DNA of 61,568 nucleotides, the filler included, from Bipalium vagum (taxonomy: Eukaryota): assembly GCA_037834085.1 (NCBI GenBank). It is 3 parts of 3 records of this genome, joined end to end, with 100 filler letters (N's around TTAATTAATTAA, not from the genome) between each part and the next. Parts side by side here need not be neighbours in the genome. Positions count along the whole stretch, not along the records: positions 1 to 19,362 come from JBBMKC010004398.1; 2 more parts are not named here. The stretch is one strand, 5' to 3'. The position numbers were made by a program, and so were the translations under genes. Of the stretch, positions 1 through 12,129 are shown in pieces (within the stretch, counting starts at the first letter, position 1; every line of letters starts with the position of its first letter). The notes beneath the pieces were generated by a model that searched no databases, was not told where the DNA came from, and saw only the letters and a program-made list of their open reading frames with translations.

Positions 1-290
1 AGGCATATCGGACAGCACATCTTGAATGTCCCACTCTACGTGCGACTTCAGCTTTAGATAAGCCACATTCCAATAATTCAATGATGCGACCACGTTCGAA
101 TTGACTTATTTCACGTCTGGCGCCCTTTTCCATTTTTATTATTTGGTAATTATTATATTAAAACAAAAAACTCTTGATTAGATTAAAAATTAAATTAAAT
201 TTAAATTAAATAGATTAAAACAGTTAAATAAAACATTTTCTTTATTTTTGGTAATAAATTCTACATTGCTAACACTTTTGAGCATGAGTA
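1..290 (-). mobile_element. 5' end of a Tc1/Tc3-like transposon; transposase N-terminal HTH runs off the window
   Basis: Minus strand from ATG at 133 reads MEKGARREISQFERGRIIELLECGLSKAEVARRVGHSRCAVRYA, a paired-like HTH. A Tc1-type TIR-like stretch (tatactcatgctcaaaagtgttagc, minus strand) lies at ~268-292. Confidence 0.75.
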
Positions 291-583
291 TATTATCAAA
301 TTTATTAAATATAACTTTTAATTTTATTATTTAAAAAAAGTTTTTTAATTTTAATTAAAATATAATTCTTAAAAAATTTGGATATTTTAAAATTTAGTTA
401 ATAAATTCAAAATAAATCGATGATGTGCTCAGTGTTTTGAAATAAATTATTTTAGATTATATATTAATATTAATAATGTTACTTAAATACGTACTCAAGA
501 CATAATAGGATAGTTATCGCAATTTTTTATTTAGAAACATATCTTTGGTAAATACCACTTAAAAAATATTTTTCCTCATTTTA

Positions 584-865
584 TTAAAACTTTAATTTTC
601 TGATTATTTTAGTATGGAAAGGAATCGACAGATCTTCCATTTCAGTATTTCCTAATCTTCCGTTTCACTCAAGGAAAATGTCTTGATATTCAATTTTTTT
701 CTGATCCTCCCTTGTCTCTGGTAAGTTAGTGGAGTGACTATTTGGAAAGACGTACTGATATTGCTGCCTATATCTGATTAAATAACTTTCATTCTTCCTT
801 TTCCAGGTTTTCTTTAATACCATTAAAAAGCCAATAATACTCAAAATCAATATGACTTGAAACAT
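584..865 (-). pseudogene. Small orphan signal-anchor membrane protein, copy A: 66-aa ORF with homology continuing past the TGA at 665-667
   Basis: 13/36 ungapped identities to the N-terminus of ORF 4075-4419. The same frame past the TGA reads NGRLGNTEMEDLSIPFHTKIIRKLKF*, matching HTKNNMRGIKF of that ORF. Confidence 0.55.
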
Positions 866-1374
866 TTCGGATTTGTTAAATAAATGTTAAACCTGAAAAC
901 TTTAACAAATTTATTTTTTTACGTTTCCGTATTATTAAAATATATTAATATATAATAAGAAAAGGAAAATGGGAAAGATGTAAAGTAGAAAAGAAATAAA
1001 AAGTTTGTGATAATGAGTGAAGAATCGATAATAAGGAAACATTTGAAAAATTAAATTAAAAAAAATATTTAATTGAGCTGGTTCTTTCATTATTACAATG
1101 TATTATTATGTCAAATGATTTTGTTGGCTTTGCCAAAGCTCACGAACCGTAGACCTAGAGACCATTAAAAGTCTATAATGGTAATGATTATAATAATAAT
1201 AAAATAATTATTTTAAAATGTACTTTTAAAAAGAATTAATTAATATTATTAATAATTTATCATAATATTATCTCATCGTTGAGATAATAATAAATACTTC
1301 TTAGAATTAATGGACTTTTCGAGGAAATAGCTTTTCCAAAGTAGAGATTCGCGGTCGTCGGCCAATCTCCACTA

Positions 1375-1991
1375 CTATTTAGGCGAGGGTTTTGATCAGA
1401 AATTCGACCAACAAAAAAGATAAAACAATTAGATCGCGCATTTCCTAAAGGTACATTCGAAGAATTGACAATTTGAAGAGGATTTTTCAGGTATTCGCAT
1501 CAGAAGAATAGACAATAAAAAGCCGAGAATCTGGAAGTTGCCATTGATATGGAACAATTATCAACAAAAGGAATTCCTGTAACTTGCAAACTCCTCCAGC
1601 TTTATTTAATAGAGAAGGTATTATCCTCATTTACAATAACACTTGGCCGCACTCTTCTAAAGTTACTCAACTAGAAATCCGTGAGTTGGGCTCTGAAGTT
1701 TTGCCTCGCCCAGCTTATAGCCCTGATATCTGGCCACCTTTTTCGATCATTGCAGCCTTTCCTTAAAGATAAAATGTTTTTCAACGGTGATGGGGTAAAA
1801 TTGAGCTTGCAATCTTTTTTGATGAAAGTCTGCCATTTTTTTTTATGGTATCCAGTCCTTGAGCAACAAAAATTGATAGATGATTATCGATAATGATAAT
1901 GATTACATAATTGATTGATATAATTCCGTATCAAATATGTTATTTTAAAACTTTGCTTTCTGATCATCGGTTTCTTTTCGGTATCCTAATA
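1375..1991 (+). mobile_element. Degenerate mariner remnant (3' catalytic part)
   Basis: IILIYNNTWPH (decayed HDNARPH), EVLPRPAYSPDI and LFRSLQPFL; TIR-like end ttttcggtatcctaata. Confidence 0.8.
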
Positions 1992-2669
1992 TATTTTTAC
2001 ACAATACTCAGGAAAAACAAGATAATTTATTCCTCCCTATTTATTGATAAAACCTAATACATTTTTTTGCGTGGAAAATTTGCAAAGTACAAAATTGATC
2101 TGATGCCATTGAACTAGATGGCCTCTTCCTTAAAAATTGTATTAGGATCACGACTGACAGACTGAATTACTTTCACCATTGTCTGTATTGAATTAAATGG
2201 AAACCTATCTATTTTTAAGTGTAAAAAATGCCAAGAAATTTCTAAAGAAAAACCAAATCTCCCTAACGAAAATGGAATTGTAGTGCAATTTATGTTTGAA
2301 GTAGCTCACGACTCGGCGATGTTGATTAAATTTATGACAATTAAATATGGAATATCATTTCTTCACCGTTGTCAATGAATAAAATCATTATGGTTTTCTT
2401 TCAAAAAGTATCTCTCAGATACTCAGGATAAAAGAAGTCCTTCGAAATGTCTTTTATTATTTAATTAGTTAATAATTTACAGAATTTATTACTTGTAATT
2501 TCCCAATAAGATTTGTCGAAAATTATCTATTCAGTTCGTTGAATAATTTTTCCAATAATCATTCAACCGGAAAATTTCTTCTCCAAACTGAATCCATCTC
2601 TAATCAATTTATTGTTCATAACTCGTATTTTTAAGTTGTAACATAATTTTTCGTGATTTTGGATAATGT

Positions 2670-3700
2670 TTATATATTTATGAGCAAAAATATTAATGAG
2701 AAATCAATCAATATGATAATTTTCAACAGTGTCGGAACTTTTTTCCAGAAATCGCGAGATCTACTCAAAAAGAAAGACGTCAACCACTTTTTATAAAGCC
2801 ACCCATGTTCTCAAAAAGCAGATTAGATTAAGATCAGTTGGCATATGGTCTGGGAAATATGGAGGGTGTTGAAATACGTCAACGTTAACCTCTTGGAGTG
2901 CGGTTTTGACAATATTTATTGCGTGTTGTTTCGAATTTTCGTGAAGAAAAATATTTTTGACTTGTTTATCCTGTCCATTCTCTTTCATAATGTTGTTTAT
3001 TCATTTGATTCTTTTTATTGATTTTTTGGATCATTTCACCGCTCAATTTCACTAAACAAAAATCATTCATTCTAAACGCCGTTGTGCAAACTGAAGTCGA
3101 CCAATACTTTCTGTGCTTCAGCTTTGCATACAAACATCATTTCTTATCTTCCGTTTATATATTAGATGAAGAAACCGTTCCTTGTGGTTGGTTTCTTCAT
3201 TTGTGTCTAGTAAGAGTTTGAGTTGCAATTTTTAAACGACTGTCTTTGATTTTTTTGTTCAGTCGATATGGCACACAAACGTCCAGTTTTTGTCTATACC
3301 TGATTGATTTTATCTGGTGGTAGACGGCCACAGTTTCACTGTTCTCTAAAACAAATTCCTGTATGATTGACGGCAGTAATCTCTTACGACTGCCATCAGT
3401 TGATCATCATCGAAATTGGATGATTGATCGATATGTGGAACGTCTTGAAAGTTGAATGTCATATTTTCGAATTTCTCGTATCAATTGTTGCATTAACCCA
3501 GACTATAAAATATTTCCATACCAAAATTTCATGAACCGCTTCTACAACTTTCTTATCTCGATTAAAATAAAATATTAATAATTGTTATTGATCAACTTGA
3601 TACTGCATTTCAAAGTTGTCAAATTTTAATAAAGTGAAATGACATTTTAAAAACTTTATTATACTTTTGTAGACCAAAATCGATTTTCCAGATAGATTTA
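2670..3700 (-). mobile_element. Degenerate mariner
   Basis: ORF 2791-2988 has FLHENSKQH...QHPPYFPDHMPTD (HDNA/YSPDL motifs). Upstream fragments resemble the KLDVWVPY and IxTxDEKW motifs. Boundaries approximate. Confidence 0.75.
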
Positions 3701-4074
3701 TAACTTAATGGAATAGTGTTAAAACCTGATGTGATGCTATTTATAATAACATAAAAATGGTAATGTTTTATGACAAATATTTTTAAATTATTTTGTTTAA
3801 ATATTAAAAGATGTGAAAATTTTTTAATCATTTTATTCGTTGAATTCAACATTTTCTTTATAAAACCAAATTTTTCCAATATAATTCTTTTTTAATTTCC
3901 TGAGATTTTTAAATTAAATCTTTTTAAAAATTTATTAATTAACACAAATAAAAATTAAAATTAATTTAATTTAATTTTTCAAATTAATTTTTTAAAAAAT
4001 AATTAAATTAATAAAAAAAATTAATTAATTTTGTTGAAATAATTACTATTAAAATAATTTTTCAAAAACTTACA

Positions 4075-4419
4075 ATGTTCCATTTTTCTATCATCGGTGT
4101 TGTAATTGTCCTATTGATTTTATTAAAGATTTTCCGAAAAAAGCGAAATGTCTGTCATTTAATCAGATTTACTGACGAATATGATCGACTTCTGCTAGGC
4201 AGAGAGTCATTTTTCAAGAAAATTAAAGAGACTATTTCAGTATTTCTCCACAGATTAAAGAGATATTTTCAACGTTCACCGAAAACCAAAACTTTCAGTC
4301 CACTTTATAAAACAAATAACAACGATCAGTATCGCTCTCTGTGGACCCATACAAAGAACAATATGAGGGGTATCAAATTCGAGCCCGTCAGTCTAATCGC
4401 CTGTGGTTTCGAACAATAG
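4075..4419 (+). CDS. Small orphan single-pass (signal-anchor) membrane protein, copy B, intact 114 aa
   Basis: Uninterrupted ORF with a ~17-residue hydrophobic N-terminus followed by basic KIFRKKR. It has two local paralogues, and the TNNNDQYRSLW motif differs from copy C mostly by synonymous changes. Confidence 0.65.
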   Translation: MFHFSIIGVVIVLLILLKIFRKKRNVCHLIRFTDEYDRLLLGRESFFKKIKETISVFLHRLKRYFQRSPKTKTFSPLYKTNNNDQYRSLWTHTKNNMRGIKFEPVSLIACGFEQ

Positions 4420-5574
4420 ATTTTAGCAATTTTAACTTAATTTCAATTCGTCATTAATTAGTTTATTTCGATTAAAATATGATAATTGTTTTCCATTTAA
4501 TTAACATGTGCAAAGGTATCAATTGATTTTTTATATGTTCAAGTCATCAAGTAAAAACCGTTTTTCTTTCCTCTAATTATTTTAATTGAGCAACGAAAGA
4601 ATTGTAAATTTTTGCGGAAATGTATTTTAATTATCGGATTAAATTTAATTGTTACATAATAATAAAATATTTAATAATAATTAAATGATTATTATCACTA
4701 GTTTTTGTTTCGTCAATTTTTGAGTGAGTTTTTCAACGCTCCAAGTAAATATTTTTGATAATAAAAAAAACATCATGAGACAAAAAAAATAAATATTTAA
4801 AAATTATTGTTTAATTTATTAAATAAACAACCAATCATTCTTTGATGATCAGAAAATTCTACGTTCATTTTGATGAAGGCGACAGCGTGTTACTTTGATG
4901 TTTATCCACATAATTTCGTTGTAGATTTTCTCAATTGTATATTTCCTGTTCTTATATAAGGTCGAAGATGGTTGGGTTCTCAAAGTAATGGTATTTTTCA
5001 TGTAGTAAGTTACTGTCCCGCAAGAAACATCTGAGAATAAATAAACCATGAAATTCACGCTTCGGAACCAATTCACACATTTACATAAAATCAAAATGCG
5101 TTAAAATACGTTTTCTTAAGGTCGATAATACATTCTTCAAATGATCAAAGAGTAAAATGAATCGATTTTTAGTTTTTTGACATGTCGATCATTTCTTCCT
5201 GCTTTTGTCCTGAATTTCTTTCCTTATTTTTTTCAAACCCTGTATCTTCATTCCGTACGCTTTGTAGGGGCGTTCTCAGTCAATGGTTGGAGTTTCACTT
5301 CTTTTCCCTCATTGGTAGAATTTTTTTACCCAAAAACCCACTCCCATCAGCTCATATGCAACACCAAAAATGATAACTTTCCTCTCAAGAATTAGAGGCT
5401 TGAATTTAAATAATTTTCCAGAACTATTTGAGATGACTTTGAGGATCACTGAATTTTCTGTAATGGTAAGGTCAAATTTAGTACGAGTTCCGTAATATAT
5501 GAAGAATCCATATTGGTATTAACTTGAGTTGGATATATGGATTTTAAGTCATTGTCATGTAACCTTCTCCTGAT

Positions 5575-6467
5575 AACTGCATAAAATCCAGCTTCCTTTA
5601 GTACTGTACTGAGATCGAATTCTGTGAAGTCTTTCCAAAAGTCGACACATCAATTTTTTATAATAAACAGCATTGACTGTTTTATTAGAAGATAGGAATT
5701 CTTTGTGAACGACTCTATCAGGATCAAAAACCGTGATCAGGAGGGTTTTAATTTTTGATTGTTGTAGCCGCAACTTTTTGGTTTTGGAGAGCTCTTTGAA
5801 CACCATTGCATGTTCTGTCGTTTGGTTTCAGACTCATATTGAAAACACCATGACTCATCACCAGTAAAAATTGATTTGATAAATTTTTGTCAGTATCACA
5901 AGTGAAAATGAAATTTCTGCAGCAATCAACTCTCTGTTGCAATTTTTCAGGAATCAGTCTGTGAGGAACAAACAGTGAACATATCTTTTACTTACCTAAA
6001 TCCTCAATCAACATTCTCCGAATCAATTCTCTATTGATTCCAGTTTGATTTTCCAGCATTCTTAATGTAATACGCTTACCGTCTTCAACAACTTCTTTAA
6101 TTTTGTCCATGTTTTCATCATTTCTGGACATTCTGTCATGATAGAAAGGATCATCACGGCCTGCATAAAAGCGAGAACATCATTCAAAGACTCCAGATCA
6201 TGACATTGTAATGTTCCCAATCACGATTTTCAACATTTCGTAGGCCTGGGTAAGTCTTTTGCCTAACACTTAGCAAAATTTTATATTCATTTTCTGTTCC
6301 ATTCTGAAATTATGACAATACTTAAAATGTTAGCAGATTAACTGAAATAAAATATTCAGGAATGTCAATGAACTGTATCATGTGCCGCCAACATAAATAA
6401 AATTCATTTTGCACATTATAATTCGCATTATAAAAATAGTCCTGGAACTTTATTGTCATACAATGTA
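5575..6467 (-). mobile_element. Mariner (irritans-like), 5' two-thirds, truncated before HDNA
   Basis: MEQKMNIKFC*CLGKRLTQAYEML from ATG at 6302, then WCFQYESETKRQNMQW and SKIKTLLITVFD..VVHKEFL; TIR-like end at ~6439-6467. Confidence 0.85.
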
Positions 6468-6639
6468 CATACGAGCACTATCTTAACAATACATACTAGC
6501 TGCTTGTTCGTAGGTATTCTGGGTACGAAAATCCTTACCACAAAACTGTAATTGCCAGAATCTTTGCATTGCATATTCGGAATGCGGTTTTTCTGTGCCT
6601 CTTACATCACTTTAATATACATTAAATAGAAAAAGAGAA

Positions 6640-7260
6640 AATTACAATAAAAAATATTATCAGCATTCATTTAGTCTTGAGAATATCAGCAATTCTTCGG
6701 AGCATGTGCTGGATCAATTCTCGTCAATAATCTGAAGTTATATCATATCCCAAGACATGTCTAAATCAGTGGCGCAAGTTTTTCGTCGACTTGGGCTTTA
6801 TCAACGAAACTTTTTTCTTTAGTAGGAATGAACAATTTTCTATTGTCTAAGAATCAGGCCACGCGCCAGACCAAGATTGTAAAAGGATAATGTTATTTTG
6901 TTGAAACCATTTTCTGACGTACTTTGCTCGAGCCCCGTCATGTTGAAATACAATGAAATTGAGTCTAGACAATCAATGAAGAAGTGGATCTTCAATAATA
7001 TTTGGATAAATGGCAATATCCATTTTATGCAACAAGCCCCATTTCTTTTGAAAGAAATTTATGTTTAGTAGAAGATTGACTTTGCAAATGTGATGGCAGC
7101 TGAGATTGAGGAGTTCCTAACGTTTGGGTTAAGAGTAAAAATTCTTTTAATCTTACGATCAATCGTGGTTAATGTCTTTCTGGATCGGCAAAAACAATTT
7201 TCTGAAGCACAGTTGTCAGTTATTGGGTTGTTTGGAAAGCCATTTCGCATTTTTTTAGTA
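6640..7260 (-). mobile_element. Internally deleted Tc1-like remnant
   Basis: RSRKTLTTIDRKIKRIFTLNP (GRPR-linker/HTH2), VFQHDGAR, and a LIQHMLRRIADILK C-terminal motif. Confidence 0.65.
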
Positions 7261-8430
7261 AAAAGTAAGACTAAAAGTTTTATTAGTAATAAATATTTTA
7301 ATCAATGATGTTTTGTCCTTTTTGTTCCAAGACCTTCTCCCATCTACCAGGCAATTTGAATATCCCAACCTTTAAAATGACTTAAGTGCTTTAAATTAAT
7401 ATTTAAAGATAGGTATAAAAAAGCGAAGTGACTTTCCGAATAACCCAATTCTTCTTGCCGAGCAAAGAGTTATATTAATGACTAACAACAATATGAGATT
7501 TGAATATATCACAACTCAGGACTGTACTCACTAAAGAAAGCCGAATAAAAGCCCTTTAAAACTGAAGAATAGAGATGATGTTTTCCTTGCTTCAGTGCAT
7601 TACACTGGTCCATTTTTGAAATGCTGGTGATGGAAAATATTGATCTTTTACGATAATTACAAACAAAAAAACTAATTAATGGACAAATTTCTAGCCCAAA
7701 GGACCCTTATAAAAAACATTGTCTTTATGGACTAGTGTATTAAATTTTTATTAATTATAATTAATAATAATAATTATTATTATTTTCCCGAAAATGTAGT
7801 GAAACCAAAATGGAAAAATTTTTTAAAAAAATTTTGTAAAATTTAACTGACAATTTTTCAATTACTGAATCTTTGTGACTGACATTGTGAAAGATTTTAC
7901 TTTAAAAAGATAACGTTGAACATGGAATAAAAATATGTGCTATTTCAAGTTTCCTATTAAAATTTGACATTTTCATGACAAAAATTCCAATAATTTAGCG
8001 TGACTTTTTGATAAACTTGTTGATTTTTTTCTGAATGTTCGTTTGAATGTCAATATTTAGATAAATTTTTTATTATTTAATAATAAATTATTTTAAAATA
8101 TCAGTTAAAGTGTTAATTAAAACTGAAAAATTCCGTTCAAAAATATTCAGGTTTTTCAAAATTATTTTCAAAATTAAATTAATTTAAGAAAATATTACTA
8201 AAATATTATTAAAAATAATATTTTTAAGCTGAGTTAAGGATATTTTCATAATTGATCATTTAATTGTGCACATTTTCAATATTTGAAGTCGTCAGGGTTT
8301 CACTGGTTTTAAATTGTAATTTCTTCTTTAAAATTGATAAAATCAGATAAAAAAAGATATAATAATCAATAAAAAATGGAATATCATAAGTTAAACAGAA
8401 TTTTATTGAATAATAAGAAGTGAAATTTAA

Positions 8431-8763
8431 TCAATTTTTTAAATTTGTTTTTAAGATTAAATTTTTATATATTTTTTTGTTTAAATTGAAAGATTTTTTC
8501 GATCTCCAAAGAGATCGGTACTTATCATTGTTGTTCGTGAATTATTGGATCAATGTCGGTTTCCTGTATGAACATTGGTTAGAAAAGTAATGAAAACTGT
8601 TCTTTGAGCTTTTTTCAAGAATATCGCTCATAAAATGAATCAAAAACGGAACTCTATGTATGAAATGATTTTTGTAACTATAGTGAAGTCTAAATGATTT
8701 CTGCACTTTGCTTAAAGCATTTGTGGAAAAGAATTTAAGAAAATTTAAGTTTACCATATTCAT
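8431..8763 (-). pseudogene. Small orphan protein family, copy C, with one in-frame TAA at 8542-8544
   Basis: FRLHYSYKNHFIHRVPF aligns ungapped with IRFTDEYDRLLLGRESF of copy B. After the TAA (opposite a TAT Tyr in copy B) the frame reads FTNNNDKYRSLW, versus KTNNNDQYRSLW. The N-terminal hydrophobic segment is weak or decayed. Confidence 0.6.
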
Positions 8764-9312
8764 AGTTCTAAATATTTATATTGGTATGTAATAATACTAT
8801 TTTAGAGACCTTCAGTCCATATCAACTAAATCCTTCGAAATAATAATATTGATATTAAACATTTTAAACACTGATCATTTATTTCATTTTATGTAGTTTT
8901 ATTTTTTATGTACAAAACCAAAATATAATTTTCTGTAATTTTATCTATTTATTTATTCCATGTAAAGGTTAAAACCCGGGTTTAATTATCTAATTTTTCT
9001 TTCCTTCTTAAAAAAATATAAAATATGTATATAAAAATTATTATTATAATTATAAATAATTAAAAAATAATCATTTTGATGATTAATTTGTAAAATTATC
9101 GGAAAAAATGTTTAGTAAAATAAAATTACTATAAATACTTTTTGAAAAAAGTTTTTAATAAATATTTCTATAAAAAAATTTATAGTGAAAAATTTTAAGG
9201 TAAATTCTAAAAATAAAAAATTACTAAATTTAAAAATGCAAAATAATATAAATACTGAAGTGTTTCAGTAGCGAAATATACAAAAATAGACACAAATAAA
9301 CACTCCAAGAAA

Positions 9313-9395
9313 AGTGGAACGGACAAGCAAAATCAGAATCGAACTCAGTGGAACCGACAAATTGAAACTCGAATAAAACTTAGTGGAACTGACAA
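9313..9395 (+). repeat. Three AGTGGAACnGACAA direct repeats (period 34-35 bp), possibly within a degenerate LTR
   Basis: Copies at 9313-9326, 9347-9360 and 9382-9395; tggtgtca (PBS-like) at ~9610. Confidence 0.7.
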
Positions 9396-12129
9396 AGCCA
9401 GAAGGAAGCATTAGACGCAAATCTAGAAGCTGAGAAAGGAGCCAACAAATAATAGACCATTAAACGATTAGTATCGATAACCAGCATCAAAAAGAAAGGA
9501 AAGCTTCAAACAAATAGTAAATTATTTTATTGCGATAGGTTTAATAGATTTGACTAAAAATCTAAATAAACTTTTATTTTTATTAAATTAAATAAAAATG
9601 TAATAATTTTGGTGTCACACTGCTTGCAGGTGAACCTATAATCAAGTAAATAATAGGAATTCAAAATTAAAAATTAAGCTATAATTCGATTACGAATTAT
9701 AATGCAATAAAATTCAGCTTCCTTTAGTACTGTACTGAGATCTATAAGTTATTAATTAAACTTTATAAATAAATACTAAAGATTGAACAGCTACTCCAAC
9801 ACTTTAGGATCAAAAAAATTTTTGTTTTTCACTGATTTCCCAGTATCTTCTTTTTTTGCGTTCTTCACGTCAAGTAGGACGGAGAACCGAATTTTTATCT
9901 GAGAGCCCTTGACAATAGGATACCGAAGGTGTTGTGACTTTTCTTAGCAATCTTCATATCTCGGTTTTTAACTCAAAAATAATTTGTAACAATAATAAAA
10001 TTGTAGATTTATATAAAAAAATATATTTTAATAAAAACTTTATTATCTCAGTTTATCGTTTTAAAGTTTAAAAGTTTAAAAGTTTGTATTTTACAATCGG
10101 TATTTTTATTTAAGTTGTCACTCGAAAATTTAACTCCGTTCATAGGCGCACTAAAACATTCTGAGTTATAAACAGTTTATGTTAAGTTTCTCAAAAATCC
10201 AACATCGATCTTTTTAACCCAACTCTTTTTAAATACACGTTTTCAGCAAACTTAACAATATATTATTAATATTGATTATTTTATATAGGTACATGACATA
10301 CCAGAGGTGGACAGGCTTAATGTACGTGTATTGTTATATATGATATAAAATATGATATAAATATATTTTTCTTCTTAGTTTGAATTAAATGTTAAATTTT
10401 ATAAATAAATTAACTGTAAAACATGTCATAAACAAGGGGTTCTACTTATGTTATGTATAAAAATGCGAGTACCTGCCTAATAGTTTAGATCGGTATAATA
10501 TATATATATATAATATAATTGATATTGTTACTGTTCTGTTTTAATTAACTAACATTCTTCTTAAATCATTTATTTATTTTGATGTTTATTTCGTCAACTG
10601 CAATGATATATAACTGGTTTTTAATTTTATAATCTTAATATTTTCATTATTATTGGTTGAAATTAATTTATTTAATCTTTTAAAACAATTTCATTATCAA
10701 AATTATCAAACCCATAGAAAATTTATTTATTTATTTATATTATATACATTATATATTTCATTAAAAATCGGAAAGGACTTATTTAAAACTCTGTATATGA
10801 TTGATAATGTTATTCTATTGATAGTCCCATAATTTTTTCGTTCAAAATCTTAATTTGGTTATTAAAAATTACCAAAATAATTAATTACTATATGAATTTT
10901 ATTTTTTAGCGTTTCTTTAATGGTTCTCAGTATTGCAAATTCATCAAAAATTTAATTTCATCAAAAATTTCAGATCAAATAAATTCATTAAATTTTTAAT
11001 TTTAAAGTCGCATAATTATTTTAAAATATTTTAATTCATTTTATTCTCTATGGGCAATATTATCAAATTTTGAAGTATATAAAACGATTTGTAAACTGAA
11101 AATCTCAGAATAAATTCTTTAATTATAAAATTTATATTTTGATTTCAAAAAATTTTAATTCTAAAATTTTAAAGGGAAATGATAAAATTGAACAAATCAA
11201 AATTTTTTCAATAATCTTATTTAAATAATTTTGGAGTATTTCATTAATTATTTTGGATTATTCTATTACTTATTATTCCGCTTGTATTAAAAGGTTTAAT
11301 TAAATTAATTTTTAAAATGTAAAACACAAAAATTTTGGAATGTCCTATAAGAAGATATACAAAAATATATTTGTCCATTTTCTAAAAAAGCCAAAACTAG
11401 TTAATTTAGATTGATGCAGAAAAACAAATACTTTACCAATTGATTTGATATTTGAAATTTATTAATATCAATAATGTTTCACGATAAATATAATGACTTG
11501 GTCATACAAATTTTCTTTATGCTTCATTTCGTGAAGCTTCTAACCACCCACGTATTATATACTTGTAAAAATGTATTTAAATTAATTTTTAATTTTATTA
11601 AAATTTAATTAATTTTAATTTAAAAAATAAAATAACAATTTTACTTTATCATATAACATACTTTTCCCTGTTTTTATGTTAATCTCTGGATTTCGATCTT
11701 TTATTGATAATGATTCGCATATCTTTCGTTCATCAATGCTATCAAAATTGTTCATAATCACTCTTAGCTCTTTTGCAAAATTATATAATATTTATAGGAA
11801 ATATTCTTTAATTTTAAACAAAAATTAAACTTATTTTGATGAAAACATTTAAATATTTTATTTTCTATTAATAAAAAAAGTGATTTCAATTACCATTTTT
11901 AAAATAATTTTCGTTATATATTTATTTAATTACTGCAAACCAAAACGTGGATCTAAATATAAAATAAATCTATTAATTATTACTGGAAAAAATCGGAACA
12001 TATTTCAAAGTGTATCAAAATAGAAAAAATTAATATTTATTTATTATAAAGAAAAATATAAATAATTTGAAATATACATATATTTAAATATTCTTTTTTT
12101 ATAAAAAATAAATATTTATTTTATGATTA

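Noticed and set aside
3619-3879. Short F/I/K/N-rich ORFs (also 24391, 34319, 46832, 52166, 53888 and others)
   Set aside because: Composition expected from chance ORFs in very AT-rich DNA.
9313-9395. CRISPR-like repeat-spacer pattern
   Set aside because: Only three 14-bp repeats, spacers resemble each other, no cas genes, eukaryotic context.
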